Of a stretch of DNA of 33,876 nt, positions 21,509 through 33,876 are shown piece by piece. The position numbers were made by a program, and so were the translations under genes. Origin of the DNA: Reclinomonas americana ATCC 50394 (taxonomy: Eukaryota). The notes below the pieces were generated by a model. That model ran no database searches. It saw only the letters and a program-made list of their open reading frames with translations, and was not told the origin of the DNA. The first letter of the stretch is position 1, and each line of letters starts with the position of its first letter. The stretch is from the NCBI GenBank assembly GCA_048213135.1, contig PS015092.1:100838-134713 (forward strand), given 5' to 3'.

Positions 21509-21936
21509 TGTGCAAGCACCGCCCACCACAGACACCGCAGAGCGCTACCCCCCTCACCTTCACAGACTGTACGCGTCACAACCGCGCGCAGGCGGGACCA
21601 ATCAGCTTCCTGAACGATGCGTCAGCAAGCCGACAAGAGTGGAGGAGAGACCGCACATTTTTGTTTTGAGCAACATTCCCAGCGCGCGAAACGTAGAAAA
21701 CGCCGCCGCACACTGTTTACAAACCACTCCATGCGCCAGTCGCAGACCGACTGTGTTAGTGACACACCTGCAGGTCACGCTGGCACTGTGCGCGTGCGCG
21801 TGGGAAGCGGAGCCATCATTCTTCGCGCGCGCGCGCGCACGAAGAACAACGAAGACACAATTTGACGCTGCTCGACAATCGTGCTCGCGCGCCCACGATA
21901 TCCTGGGATATCTCTTCTTCCTTTCAAGAGCGGAGT

Positions 21937-24900
21937 ATGGAGGAGCAGCACTCGGTATGTAGACATGTACACCTGCACGCCAACGAGTGCACGAGAGAGA
22001 GCGTTGCATGGCGGCGTATCTGCGTTGTGCCGGCGCATGCGCAGTGCGCTGGCGCAGATGCGCCTGAGTGAGTCCACTCTCGCACATGGTCGTTTCTGCT
22101 GTGTGTGTCCTTGTGTTTTCAAACAGTTGGGAACCAACCCTCTCTTTGAGAAGCCGTTTCCATCGATGTACTGGGCTGGTGTACCTGTACTGGGCTGTGT
22201 GGTGTATTCCTTCCAACTGGTTGCTCATTTTGGCTGCTTTGTTTTTCATCGCTCCTCCTCTCGTGCAGGAGACACCGGCGTCGGCTGCTGATTTCGAACG
22301 CCGGATGCAGGCCATTGAAGCGGCCATGCGAACTCAGCTGAAGGCGTTGATGCAAGAGTTCAAAAACACGATGTCGCCACAGACTGATCATGATGAGGCG
22401 GCAGCTGGCGCTCGTGCTGCGCCGACGACGCCAATGCAACCTCGCGACACCGCGCACACCATGCACGGCGTCAGCCGTGCACAAACGGTTCCTCCGATCG
22501 CTGCGCATGCCAGCGCGACGACTGCCGATATCGATACAGTCTCTCGCCCGCCTCCGAAGCCACCGGCTCCAGCGAGGCAAGCGTCGACGGTCACGACACC
22601 ACCGGCACCCATGGCCACACGCGGCGGGCTTGACGAGCACGTGCACGATCGCGACGTCCGCGCCGCCGTCACGGAGGGCGTCGGCGTCACCACCTCCAGC
22701 CCATTCTCGTTCACTGCAACCAACACGACACGTCGAGCACGACTGCGCTTCAACGATATCGATGAGGAGGAGGAGGAGGACGATGAGGAGAAGGAAGACG
22801 ATGAGGAGGAGGAAGACGATGAGGAGGAGGTCGTCGACAAGAAGAAGAAGAAGAAGGAGGAGGTGGTGACCGCTCCAGGTACACAAGTGCGCGCCGCCAA
22901 AGCGTCCACACCTGCTGTCGGTATCGACATCCACCTTAACATTGCCCAAGCTGAGGTGCGTTGCGTTTATTCTATCCCAGCTGCAGCTCCTGTTGCCAGC
23001 TGTACAGCTGTGGTCTCACGAATTTTACCTTTCTGATGAGAGCAGAGCATTGCAACCAAAGTGGCACAGAAGCTCTGGGACAATTGCAACAGACGACACA
23101 ACAAGAGCGGCCTGGATAGGTGTGTGCTGGATGCGTTGTCCGCGTTGCACGAGAATCAAAACCTGGAGCAAACAGAACGCGCCGCTGTTGTAAGCCTTGG
23201 TTGCGTCTTCTCTGCTGCTCCATCTGTGTGTGATGACGCCGTTGCTCTCGATAATTGCTGACATATACGTTTGACTGTATCATTGATCGTGATGACAGCT
23301 GCATGCTTTCGAGTGGCCGAGTGTGAGCATCAGCTGCTCGAAGCGCTGTTCAATGAGCTCACTGGAGGAGCCTGCAAGGCCGCCGTTTCGACAGTTTTCT
23401 CGGAGGCCAGACAACGAACTGGAGGCGGCGTAATTGCAGCAATCATTGAAGCCAACCGCGAGTTCAGTGCAAGGCTTCGCAAGTCTGCTGGCCGTCCGAC
23501 GAGATTCGAACGGCTGTACAAGGAGTTCCAGAGCCATCTCGCCACGGATCCGAGTGCTCTTGCGAGTGCCGAAACGACGCTGCGTGCGCCGAAGCCGCGG
23601 AGACGTAGGAAAAAGACCTCTGACACTGGTGAGGACGTTGTGTGAACGATTAGAGGCCGGGCCATTGTCGACGCGACTGATGAAATCGCTGCAGGTACAG
23701 CTGCTGCGGTGGCGGTTACCACCACCACGACTGCGACAACAACGACAGTGCCATCGTCATTGGCACCACCGCCGCCCCCACCGCCGCCAGCCGCAGAACC
23801 TCCCGGACAGCTGGCAGCTGTTCCTGCCATCGGCCCGGCGGGGGTGAGCGCCAGCCCAATTGCAAGCGCTGCTGGTACCACGGTACCGGTTAACTCGAAT
23901 GCCGGTGCCGCGACAAACTCCGACGTCGAAGCTGAAGTCATCATGGACACAGCACCCGAGGCCGACGAGGACGACGCCGTCGCCGACATGGACGACAGCC
24001 TGCCATTCAGCACTTTGCCTGCTGCTGCTCCTGGCGCGGTGGAAATCGAAAAGCTGGTGAGTGTTGCTTGCAGTTGCCTGCTGTTTGGGTGTGGTGGTAA
24101 CACTACATGTCGTCGATTGCAGGGACTTCGTCAGGTACCATACAGTGTTCTGGCGAAGGAAGCGAAGGACAGACAGACGGCAGCGGCGAATGGTACGTTA
24201 GCTGCTCAGACGTACTCAGAGCGCGATTTCCAACTTGCGGTGCGCATCATGCATTTCTCGTTGTTGCTTGTTCTCCTCCGCACGAATGCAAGCGAGCTGA
24301 TCGTGATGGTGACTGGGTTTCTGTGTACCATGTCGTGTGTGTGTGTGTACACGTGTGTGTGTGTGTGTGTGTGTGTGTTGCAACTTTGCACGTATTGCAT
24401 CTACAGGCAGCAAGTCAGAAAGGGACCGCTACGCTGCTGAAGAGCGGCATACTTCAGCAATTTGGTGGTCAGCTACACGATGATTCACTGTTGCGTTTCA
24501 ACACACACTGTAGACGCCCCATAGCAGCTTGATGTACATATATGAAGAGTTGTTTGTGTTGTCCGCGCGTGGGCGGTTGAGTGCCTTTAATTAACAGTAA
24601 TTACCCGTATCTCTCCTCTGCTCGCAAGGTATGACGCGCTGCAGCAGGCTGATGCGTGCGCTCGTAGCCTTTGCGCACTAGTTAGCGCCCAGCAGTTGTC
24701 GAATCAGTCCGTTCTGCTCCCCGATGCAAACCATCGACACGATCGGGGAGACGATCTGGCATCAGGCTACCGACTCGTTGTCAACCAGACTATCAGCTTT
24801 GCGATACTCGCAATCGGTGAGTGGTGGTGCATGCACGTGCGAGTGGCGCTCCGTTGTGATGATGCTTTGCTTAATTTTCACGACCAGAGCGACCTCTGGC

Positions 24901-26748
24901 GACACTTTTTGAGAAGGAGGTGACGGAAAGCGATATTGTTGCTGCTTTTGCCAGCGTTCCCGACGGCGCATTTGCGTACTTGGCCCACGGACCGCTCGCT
25001 TGCCTCACATACATGCACCTGACCGAGTTGCGTGGCACGCTGCGCGCTTATCCTGATCAGTCGTTGTGCAACCTCTGCTCTACATTTGGCTCACATCAAG
25101 TCAATGTGCACCAACGCAGGCAATACGACGTGTCACAGAACACACTCATGTGGCGATTATGCGCAACATTGTCTTTCCTGCACATCGCGGTCAACCACTG
25201 GTCACACTTTTTTCCTGAGTTCTTCGGCACCATGTTCTGCGACCGCACGTCGGCTCGTACTACACGTGGTGGTAGTTCTTCGAAGGCATCAAAGTCAGCT
25301 GCTGCAGCTGGATCCAGCAGTGGGCGTTCGCGCATGCAAGAGATGGCGCTCATCTGTGGTGAGTCAACGATGTCCCAGCAGGCTCGTCGAGTGGCGTGGT
25401 GCTGCTGCGTTTGTTGTGCATGTCGATCAACTTGCTCATGAAGTCTGGTGCCATGACGCAGAACGGCATGCTCCAATCAGCGAAAACGCTCACGGCCTCA
25501 TCAGCCGTTCTGTATCAGCAGGATCAACACACCATGCTACCGAGTGGGCGAGAATCGGCATACAACAGCAGGCGTTCAAGAAGACGTCAACCCGCGGCAA
25601 AAGTCGGAGCTCGGCAAAGGACGACACGCCGGCGCCATTGTGCACCCCACCGCCCCCGTTTTCCAGCGCGCAGGTTGTCAAAGGCAAGCTGGTGCATGCG
25701 GTGGCTGGAGCCATCGCATTTGCACGAGGTGAAACGGATCCGAAGTCATCGTTGCGTTCGTGTTCAGCGTGTCGACAATGGCCACACTTCACGCGTTCGG
25801 CAATGCTCACCCACATGGACGTGTGTGCTTTGCGCGCGCAGCAATCTCCCTCCTGCGGAACTCAATCACGACAGTATCGCGCGCGACATCTTTCTTGAAG
25901 CCATTGTCCACTAGTTGCGCCCATGCTCGTTGTTGTTGCCGTGAGGATGCTGTACATGTCGCTCGTATCGCAACTCACTCCGTGTCGTTCATATGCGCAG
26001 CATGATCTCCACGCTCCACGAGCACGGGACGACCATCGTCTACGATGATGGTCGCCGCAACGCGAAGGGCGAAGCTGAGGAATTGCGTCTGCCGCTGTTG
26101 ACGGCGTTGCATGCACGCGGATGGCCATCGCTGACGTCCGGAGCGTGGCTGACAAAGGACCTGTTCCCACTTTTCGACGCCGCTGTGAAATCCGGCGAAA
26201 ATATCGCCGATGTCAAGCTGCCGACTGGGACGGCAGTGCCCGTCCCTGAGTTCATCTACACCACCGCCATTAACACGTTGCCGCAATCTGCTGCGGATAA
26301 GGATCGTCGCCCTGTCAACGGGCTGCCGCGCGCCCTACGCGAGTCGCTGCAGGGACTCTTCGTTGCACACGGCAAGAATATCCGCACTAGCCTCCACAAC
26401 GAGCCAGCTAAAGTGATGCAGACCATTGTCAACACTTGGTCGCACATCTGGGAGGCGAGCCGCAACGCCGCACGCCACCCGATCCTTGGACCACCGCCTC
26501 CGGAGAAGACAGCGAAGCGGCAGCGATCACAAGCCGGCGGCGCATCGAGTTCCGTGCCTGCGGCAAGTGGTGGTGGAATTCGAGGCCATGGCGACTCAAG
26601 TGGCACATCGCCTTCTCCTCCACGGAAAAGGCAGAAACCTGCGCATGCGGCTGCGGGTAAGAAAGGCAACAAGGGCAAGAAGGCCGAGCAGCAGGAGCCA
26701 GTGAGCTCCGGAAGCGACGACGAAGGCGAGATGGACTATGACAGCTAG
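21937..26748 (+). CDS. Hypothetical multi-exon protein, possibly nuclear; candidate accessory ORF of the adjacent CACTA-type element
   Basis: MEEQHS|GTATGT..CAG|ETPASAADFERRMQAIEAAMR...; Pro/Thr/Ala-rich, acidic and poly-Lys segments; basic NLS-like PKPRRRRKK and PPRKRQKP; several globular-looking exons; last exon ORF 25993-26748. No family recognised, and it could be more than one gene. Confidence 0.6.
24335..24377. repeat. (GT)n intronic microsatellite
   Basis: Direct read. Confidence 0.9.
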
Positions 26749-26844
26749 GAGGAGATGCACCTGGGAAGTAGTAAACCGAAGAGCTTTGCATTATTCATTG
26801 GTCATCAAGCATCCCCACTGAGGCCACAGTGCTACTTATGTCAC

Positions 26845-28452
26845 TTACAGTAGCCGAGAAAAGACAAACGTATTATCAGCAGACAATGTTCCGTCTGGAA
26901 GCCCAGCCTCCACCTCGCGCGCCCTGACGTCACGCGCCCACCGTGTGCAGCAAGCTGAGAGCTCAACAACCCCTGTTACACGAGCAAGGGAGACGAGCGA
27001 TAGGCGGCCAGATTTCCAGTACAGCGCACCGGCGCACATCTCGTCCACGAGCAGCTTGGGTTGGTGTGGAGGGTGTTTGAATAGTGGCTCCATCGCGTCG
27101 ACAAGTGCGAAGAAGCGCTCGCAGTCTGGAGGACACAATGACGAGAACGACCACCGGTACACGTTGTCGGCCGACAGCGGTCGTGGAAGCGCTTCGACAA
27201 AGAGCCGAACCACGCCGACCCGAAGACCGCCGAGCTCTCCTTGCGCATGCGGTGCGCACATCTTGTCAGCGAAGGCAAGACAGTGACCTTCTTTCACCTG
27301 CAGGCAGTGCGAATACAATGTCTGCTGTTATATTTACATGTTGCCGTATGTATGTGGCGCACCACGCATGGCTTGCTCACCTCTCGATAACAGACCACGC
27401 ATCGGGCGAAAACCCGTAGACCAAGTACGGCGCCTCGGTCTCCGAGACACACGCGCAATGGATGGAGACCGTCATAGCCAACGAGCGCTTCCAATCGTGC
27501 CCATCCTACGTCAATATCCTCGAACGATACAAAGTTTGGCTGCTCTTCTGCCGCAGGCAATCGTTGTTGTTGATACACCTCATGGCGATTTACCTTTCCC
27601 TGCTCAACAGAACGAGGCAAAATGTAAGTTTTCACACCAGCGCTCGGGCGAGTCATGTGTTTCCATTACTTACCGGAGGCAGCGGCCGCATCTCGCATGG
27701 CAGCGTGACGGAGGTCACGAGCGCAAACTGTGTCACAAGTCGCCGGAGGGCGTGAAATCGGACTGCTTGTTTCGCCTGCAGGAGAAGGCGAATGTGAGAC
27801 GGAGGAGGAGAAGAGACTGCGTGCATGTCAATCACTCAGGAGGCGCCGCCCACACCGTCTGCCTCCCATTGGTGTTGCACCTGACAATCTTTTTCAGCTT
27901 CTTGATTGTGCTTTCGAACGGAAAACACATGTAGTTCCTGCGCTCCACCTGTTAGGAAATGCAAAGACGCAGAGGTAGCACTCAGCACATGCACCTGAGC
28001 GACCCGAACCGCTCGATGAGATAAGGGAAGTGTTCCGAGACGTGTGATTTGGGTGTGAAGTGGTTGGAGGCACTGGCATTGTAAGCAACCTCCTGGTGCT
28101 GAGCGACGGCGCAGACAAGAAACTGAATCTGTGAGACAGCAGACACGATCAGCAAGGCAAAGATATGTCACGAACACCGCAGTAAACGTTCGAGCACTAT
28201 ACTCAGATCCATACCGCGCGCGAGTGCATGCGCATCAACGCACCTTCCGCAATTCCTTTCTGCTGATTGAACGCATCAGCAGAAGTCGCAGCAATCGGAC
28301 GTGGCATGTCCACGCCTTAATGGCATGGTCGAGCGACTTCAAAGCGTCGTCCTTGTTCGAGACGCGAAGCTTCTCACGACTGGCCTCGATGAGTGGTGCG
28401 AGAATCACCAAAGACGTCAGCATGAACGTCATTTTCTGGTGAGTTGTCAGGC

Positions 28453-28494
<42 letters not shown>

Positions 28495-31400
28495 CACACA
28501 CACACGCACACACACACACAGAGAGAGAGAGAAAGTTCAGTAATAATGAGATAAAATGCTGGCATAATTGTTGTGCAGCAGCGCAAGAGAACCTTGTGCG
28601 AGTCATTTCAGCGGCGCCCTTCTTCAACTCTGCCGGCAGCGAGTCAGGTTCCAAGACGCACAGCATACGACGGTACGTGTTGAGTCGAGACGACAACGCC
28701 GGCGTGTAGAAACCTGCACCGTAGCAACTCTGCAGCTTCGTGAGGAATCGCTTGAAGTGCTCAGCCGCATCGCCGCTGAACTGCTGGTGCTGCACGCAGG
28801 AGACATTATTGGACGTGGTGAGAGACCGGTCGGCGGCACCGAAGCACTAGTACTCGGGCAAACCACACACCATGAGGTCTACCACGAGGTTGGCCGTCAG
28901 CGACCGCTCACCGTCGCTAATGCCAGGGGCGTACCAGAATGCTGTGCACGGAAACAAAAAGAGGCAGGTTGCACAATTCAGCCCACGCAGCGGCGGAGTC
29001 CGTGTCGCACCTGTCGACGACGATGAATGCAACAAACCTGAGCGGCGAGAGTAGCCGTAGTACTTGCGAATCGACTCTGGACTATTCTCGATGGTCCGCA
29101 AGAACGCCCACTCCTCCTCAAACCTGTGCTCGCGTAACTTGGCGCCTGCAAAATCTCCATTCCCGTCGTAGGTGAGGAGGAGACGCATCGTGTCGTCATT
29201 TGCCACACTGCATGTGGCGCAGAATGCCTCGGTGAATGTGGTGGGCGCGCGAAGGCCCGCCGTCTGATTAATGGCAACCATATCCCCCGAGTAAGCGTGG
29301 AAAACGGCGTACACCTTGCGCTTCTCGTCCACGGCCGTCACGTACATTTCGACTCCTGTGGCATGTGCGCCAGAGCGCAGTGAGACTTAACGTAGGCCAT
29401 CACACAAGCGTCAAACCCTCTCTCACCCTCACTCAGAGTCGCCAAATCTTCGTTCTGCGCTCGGAACACGCAATCCATGCCCACGCTCGGCTTGTCAATG
29501 TCTACCGCACTCACAATACTTGCTACGTGGATTGTGCATATCCGGCTGTCGGAACGGTGTGCCCCGTCGAACTCTTCGAGGGTATACGCAAACTCGTACG
29601 AACTGTCACTCTTCAGACGAGTCTCGAATCCGTCGGAATGAGCCCGCACGTGGACGATGATGATGGAGGGATCTGCGGAGTGCACGAGATAGGGGAGAGA
29701 ACTGCAGTGAATGCGACGTCGGCAAAATTCTTCCCTCGAGACGCACACATCCGTACCAAGAACATCAACGCCCTTGTGATCGCGCAGGTACTCGACGCAT
29801 TCATACCAAGCCCGCCCACACTCCGGTCCGGCGAACAACTGGCCGGGCCCACCGGCTGGACGGTTACGATGCACTTGTTCTGCGGCAGCAATGACGCATG
29901 AGCACCGTCACTACTGCATGAGTGGCAACGATCGGACGGCAGGCAAACGAGACTTTTCAGGATTGCGGCAGAGAGCTCCTCGGAGGCCATCACGCTCCGA
30001 ATCCACGCGACCAGACTCGACCAAGGTATGTCTGGTCCACGATCGCCTATCGGTCGAATGTTGCGAATCTGCACAGGGTGGAGCACCAACCAAGCGCGAT
30101 AAGTGAGCGCGACAGGGAGCAACGCCACCCACACAGTAGCAAACAACAATGATGACCCGCCTCCAAGTAACCGTGGGTGGACAACAGTTTTTCGAGCCGA
30201 GCAACCAGCGTCTGCAGCGTGGTGGGCATGAAACGCCTCTCTTTCTTCTTGTACTTCTCTCCGTTATGGAGAGCGAGGCCCGTCTTGTCGATAAGCCGCC
30301 TATGGAAAAGTTCGATGAATGAACGATATGCTGCGTGTGTCATCTGCACGTGTCTCGGCATTAGCGCAGGATGAGGCGTGAAGTTGTCAATGCAAGCATA
30401 CCACAGTTACGAAACATGGTGATGAAGCGTGTTGGCCAGAATCTCAGCGTTGTACAGCAGCTCCGGACGCCGATGAAGCACAGACTTCATATCCGGGCAG
30501 AAAATCTGCGGAGTTGTTTGCAGAGCGTGAATCACGTATGTCGATCAAACAACGCGAGGCGCCGCGTCTAAACAACACAACGCAACACCGACGGGGACGT
30601 TGAATGCAAGCAGACGCTGCTCATCAAAAGCGCACTTGCGAAGCTTCGGGAACAGGCGAGAGAACTCGTGTCGGCCCCGATTGAACCACACAGAGACATG
30701 CTGCGGCTGGGCGGGTAGCAAACCAGGCGCCTGCTCATGTTCCTCGGCGACGGCAGGGGCTTGAATAGCGTCATCTGGCATTGCAGAGGTGAGGATACTG
30801 AGAACAGTGAAGCGGTTACGGTGATGGCAGTACGAAACGCACCACCAATTGCCTCAACCTCCATTCCCACTGGACCGGCGTCACCTTGCTCATCATCATC
30901 GCTCTCGTCCTCCACATAATCATCCTCCTCCATTTCTTCCTCTTCGCCTTCGTCGCCGAACATGTCTTGGATGAGAGCGGCGAGATCCTCCTCTTCCTTG
31001 TCGAGTTGCGGGGGGTCGGGATCGTCATCGGAGAGGTCGTCGCTCCCTCCAGCTGATGAGGCCTCCTCAAAGTTCTTGAGCTCGCCGTCCTCCTCATCAC
31101 TCGAGGATTGACCGTCATGGTCACCGCCCGCGTCGAATACGACATTCACGGGCGCCTCCACCAACGGTTGCTGCTGCATCATGGCGACTTGACCTGCAGC
31201 CGGGACGACCGGGACCAGAATGCCTCCGACAAGTTGAGGTGGCAGCTGCATGGCGTCTCCAACGCCGCCCCCACCGGCACCGTCGACGTCTGCGTGCCCT
31301 TCACCATCCTCGGGCTCCTCTCGCTTGCGCTTCCTACCGCCACGATTTGGGGGTGGCCCCGCCACGCGCAAACGATCAGCTCGGACATGTTGCTGAATCC

Positions 31401-31955
31401 AGTGAGCGATGAGCGCTTCTTGGCCCTCGCCTGCGGCACCGACGGCGAAAACGTGCTCCTCCTCAAGGCCTGCACAGCGCAAAAGTGAGTTGCTGCCATG
31501 TAGGATGGACGTGGATAACAACGAGAGTGCGGGCCCGCACACATCGCCGTGGCGCACCTGGAAGATCGCGGTGGTCGACATGAGGACACACAAAGCTCGA
31601 CTTGTCAGCGGTCAGCGCGCGAGGCCAGTGAGCGCAGTGATTGACCATGTGACTTCGGAGACTGGCTTTGCCGCTGTCGACGAAGAAGCGCCGACACAGT
31701 GGGCAGACCACTTTCGGTTTGCCATCGGCTTCATCAAGGACGAATGCGGATGGCACGTGGCCCTCTTCCTGCATTTGCAACGGCGTCGACGTCGCTCAGC
31801 TGGAGTCTTGCAAAGCTGCACTCAAAAGTGAGCTCGACGAGGCACTGAGCAACGCGTACGTTCACCCCCACATAGACGAATCGTCTCTCCAGTCTCGCTC
31901 ACTCTCTCTCTCACTCTCTCCCTCTCCTCTCTCTCATTCTCTCTCTCTCACTCTT

Positions 31956-31999
<44 letters not shown>

Positions 32000-32309
32000 G
32001 GCTACTCAGTCATTCTTGGCCCCACTGCGATCGCCAACATCGCGCGATCGTCACGTTCTCTCTGTCACTTCTCTCTCTCTCTCTGCGTGTCTCACGCGTA
32101 CGTGCACATGATCTGTCTCCGGATCCGTGTATTGCGTGCTTACCTCGGCGTGCTGGCGCCGTGAGAGAAGTGTGCACACGCGCCGCGCACTGATGGTTGT
32201 CGTGTCAACGTTAACAAGGAGGAGGACGAGATGACGACGTCAACTTCTTTCAATGGCGAGTTCAGCAAGCAGCTGACGGTGCAGGAAGTGCTCACCGTCG
32301 ACGAGGCAT
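26845..32309 (-). CDS. CACTA/EnSpm-like (CMC superfamily) DDE transposase, intron-rich, with an N-terminal C2H2/BED-like finger and acidic tract
   Basis: After splicing: VVCPLCRRFFVDSGKASLRSHMVNH; IIVHVRAHSDGFET (D 29632-29634); GMDCVFRAQNEDLATLSEGV; HAYSGDMVAINQTAGL..FCATC (D 29282-29284, CxxC); VVDLM|HQQFSG (DxxH, 28877/28787); FTPKSHVSEHFPYLIERFGSLR|NYMCFPFESTIKKLKKIV (E 27913-27915). The motif order matches CMC transposases. Stop at 26845; the start exon (ATG 32309) is tentative. Confidence 0.82.
28455..28531. repeat. (CA)n(GA)n microsatellite in an intron of the CACTA-type transposase
   Basis: Direct read. Confidence 0.9.
31902..31995. repeat. (CT)n microsatellite, probably intronic in the 5' part of the CACTA-type transposase
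   Basis: Direct read. Confidence 0.9.
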
Positions 32310-33876
32310 GCCGTCTTGACTCTGTTGATGGGTGTCTCTGAGAGGGGCAGCGCAGGTTGCCATGGGCAAAGGCGGTTGCCACTGAATGGCAACTGTGCGT
32401 GCCACTAAATCGACATGTGTCGGTGTGGTTTCTCTGCCAGCGACCATGTGAGACACATGGTGGGGGTGGTGCCTGAGAAGTTTGGAGTGGAAAGTCGCGC
32501 TCTTCGAGGAGGAAAAGCGCGTACACTGATCGGTCGGTGGCAACGGAATTTGCCCGCGAGCGAAATATGACAAAATCTATTTGCTGTGTTTGCTTTGTTT
32601 GCCTGGCTTATGGCCTTTTCCCGTATTTGCTGAGCCGAGTGCAATCGCAGAAAACGCTATGCGTCTATGCAAGTGCGTCAAATCCACTGGTCACCACTCT
32701 TATATATGCGTGGAAGATCGCAGCGNNNNNNNNNNNNNNNNNNNNTGGCTATGTATGCGCACACTGCACACGCATGTACACGCAATAGTGACAGCGCTCA
32801 ACCATGTGCGAGTGAGTGTGAGAGTCACAACGCACAACCACAAACAGACGAACGCGTAAGCCGCTTTCGGAAAGCGGGCAGCAAACACCGATGCGAAATC
32901 ACAGGTACTCGCCTCCGTGTGGCGACAGTGTGTGAGTCTCTCACTGAGTGCCACGCGCGACTGTGCACTAGGTGCGCAAAAAAGGTTGCACTCACAAGAA
33001 AACCCGTGGTGCATGTGGAAGAAAGAAAAGAGTGGTGGACTCGGAGGGTGTCAAAGGGTTGAGGGTCTGCACAACGACTATGAAGCTCACTGCCTGGCTA
33101 CAGAGCACGAAGCAGAAGGAGAGATTACTTGCAACTCCACTAGAGTGTATCAGATCGAGGAGATATCGAAGCAGCAGTGAATGCATAAAACACTCGCTGC
33201 TTCTGCGCGTGCACTTTCGAGAGGGATGACTTGCACAATAAGTGCGGATACATGCACGTCTCTCACGGTCGCAGTGTGTGTGCCACATGGCCATGGTGAA
33301 CTCACCGCAAAAAAATAAAAATAAACTGCTCCAGCTCGCTGCAATTTTTCGCGGAAAACAGAACTTTCTTTGACTGCACTGCGAGATGCCACTTCTCCCG
33401 CTTTGTGTTTGATCTCGCGGCAACACATTGCAGCGAGAGGTGCTGTGTGCACAGAGAAACCGCAGCGAAACAAAGCGTTTGGGTGGCGACTCCGAGTTCT
33501 CGCATGGGCGTACGCGTCGCCAGATTAGGCTAATATCGAACGCCATGATGCCACTCAGAGTGGTCACTGCGCGACACACGCTGTTTAGGCAGAAGCGTCT
33601 ACTCACACTCTCCACAGTGCAGTTGCTCTTTCTGTGCCTGCACCAGTGGAAGTTGTGTGCGCTTGATTTTCACTGCCAGATATCGAACCCTTGAATTTGA
33701 ATTCGTCAGCACTCCCGCCTTCGCTTCCGCCATAGCGACTGGCAGACACATGCACCACCGAACACCGTTTCCTGTCTGCAGCGTCGCCCAAACGGTGAGC
33801 GATGTCCGCGCGACTGCCGTGGCACATCAATACTCCGAAAATGGCAAACGATAATTAGTTGATCGCAGTTGCCGCT

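Larger units (their letters stand above)
20480..32725. mobile_element. Putative two-gene CACTA/CMC-type element of about 12 kb between two gaps
   Basis: The transposase (-) and the unknown gene (+) converge with stops 96 bp apart. The block is bounded by gaps 20388-20479 and 32726-32745 and has an inverted-repeat structure at its left edge. TIR and TSD not seen. Confidence 0.45.

Noticed and set aside
4645-32725. CGCTGC after the first gap and GCAGCG before the last gap as a possible giant-element TIR
   Set aside because: Complementarity is only 6 bp and does not extend.
32746-33876. ORFs of 60-207 aa at the right end
   Set aside because: No recognisable domain, no consistent exon chain, and no match found to the left end of the putative element.

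Overview
GC-rich, compact, intron-containing eukaryotic scaffold (probably a unicellular eukaryote; the taxon cannot be fixed from this sequence) with six N gaps and many microsatellites. Most long ORFs in the track are exons of spliced genes; I rebuilt these by eye from GT..AG junctions and conserved motifs, so exon boundaries are predictions. In order: the last exon of a probable short-chain dehydrogenase (+); two tandem bacterial-type GNAT acetyltransferases (+); UBE2S (-); an apparently intact, about 19-exon Mutator/MULE transposase gene (+) with C2H2-like fingers, a WRKY-like finger, DDE/CxxH core and SWIM-like finger; low-complexity DNA; a large secreted Ser/Thr-rich protein (-) whose NHL beta-propellers sit inside FN3-like domains, truncated by a gap; an interlocked double inverted repeat; an unknown multi-exon gene (+) converging on an intron-rich CACTA/EnSpm-type (CMC) transposase gene (-). 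The most interesting signals are the two intron-rich transposases and the orphan partner gene, a recurrent atypical GTTGCG splice donor in four genes, the propeller-in-FN3 architecture and the A-B-A'-B' inverted repeat. No CRISPR array, rRNA or tRNA was recognised.
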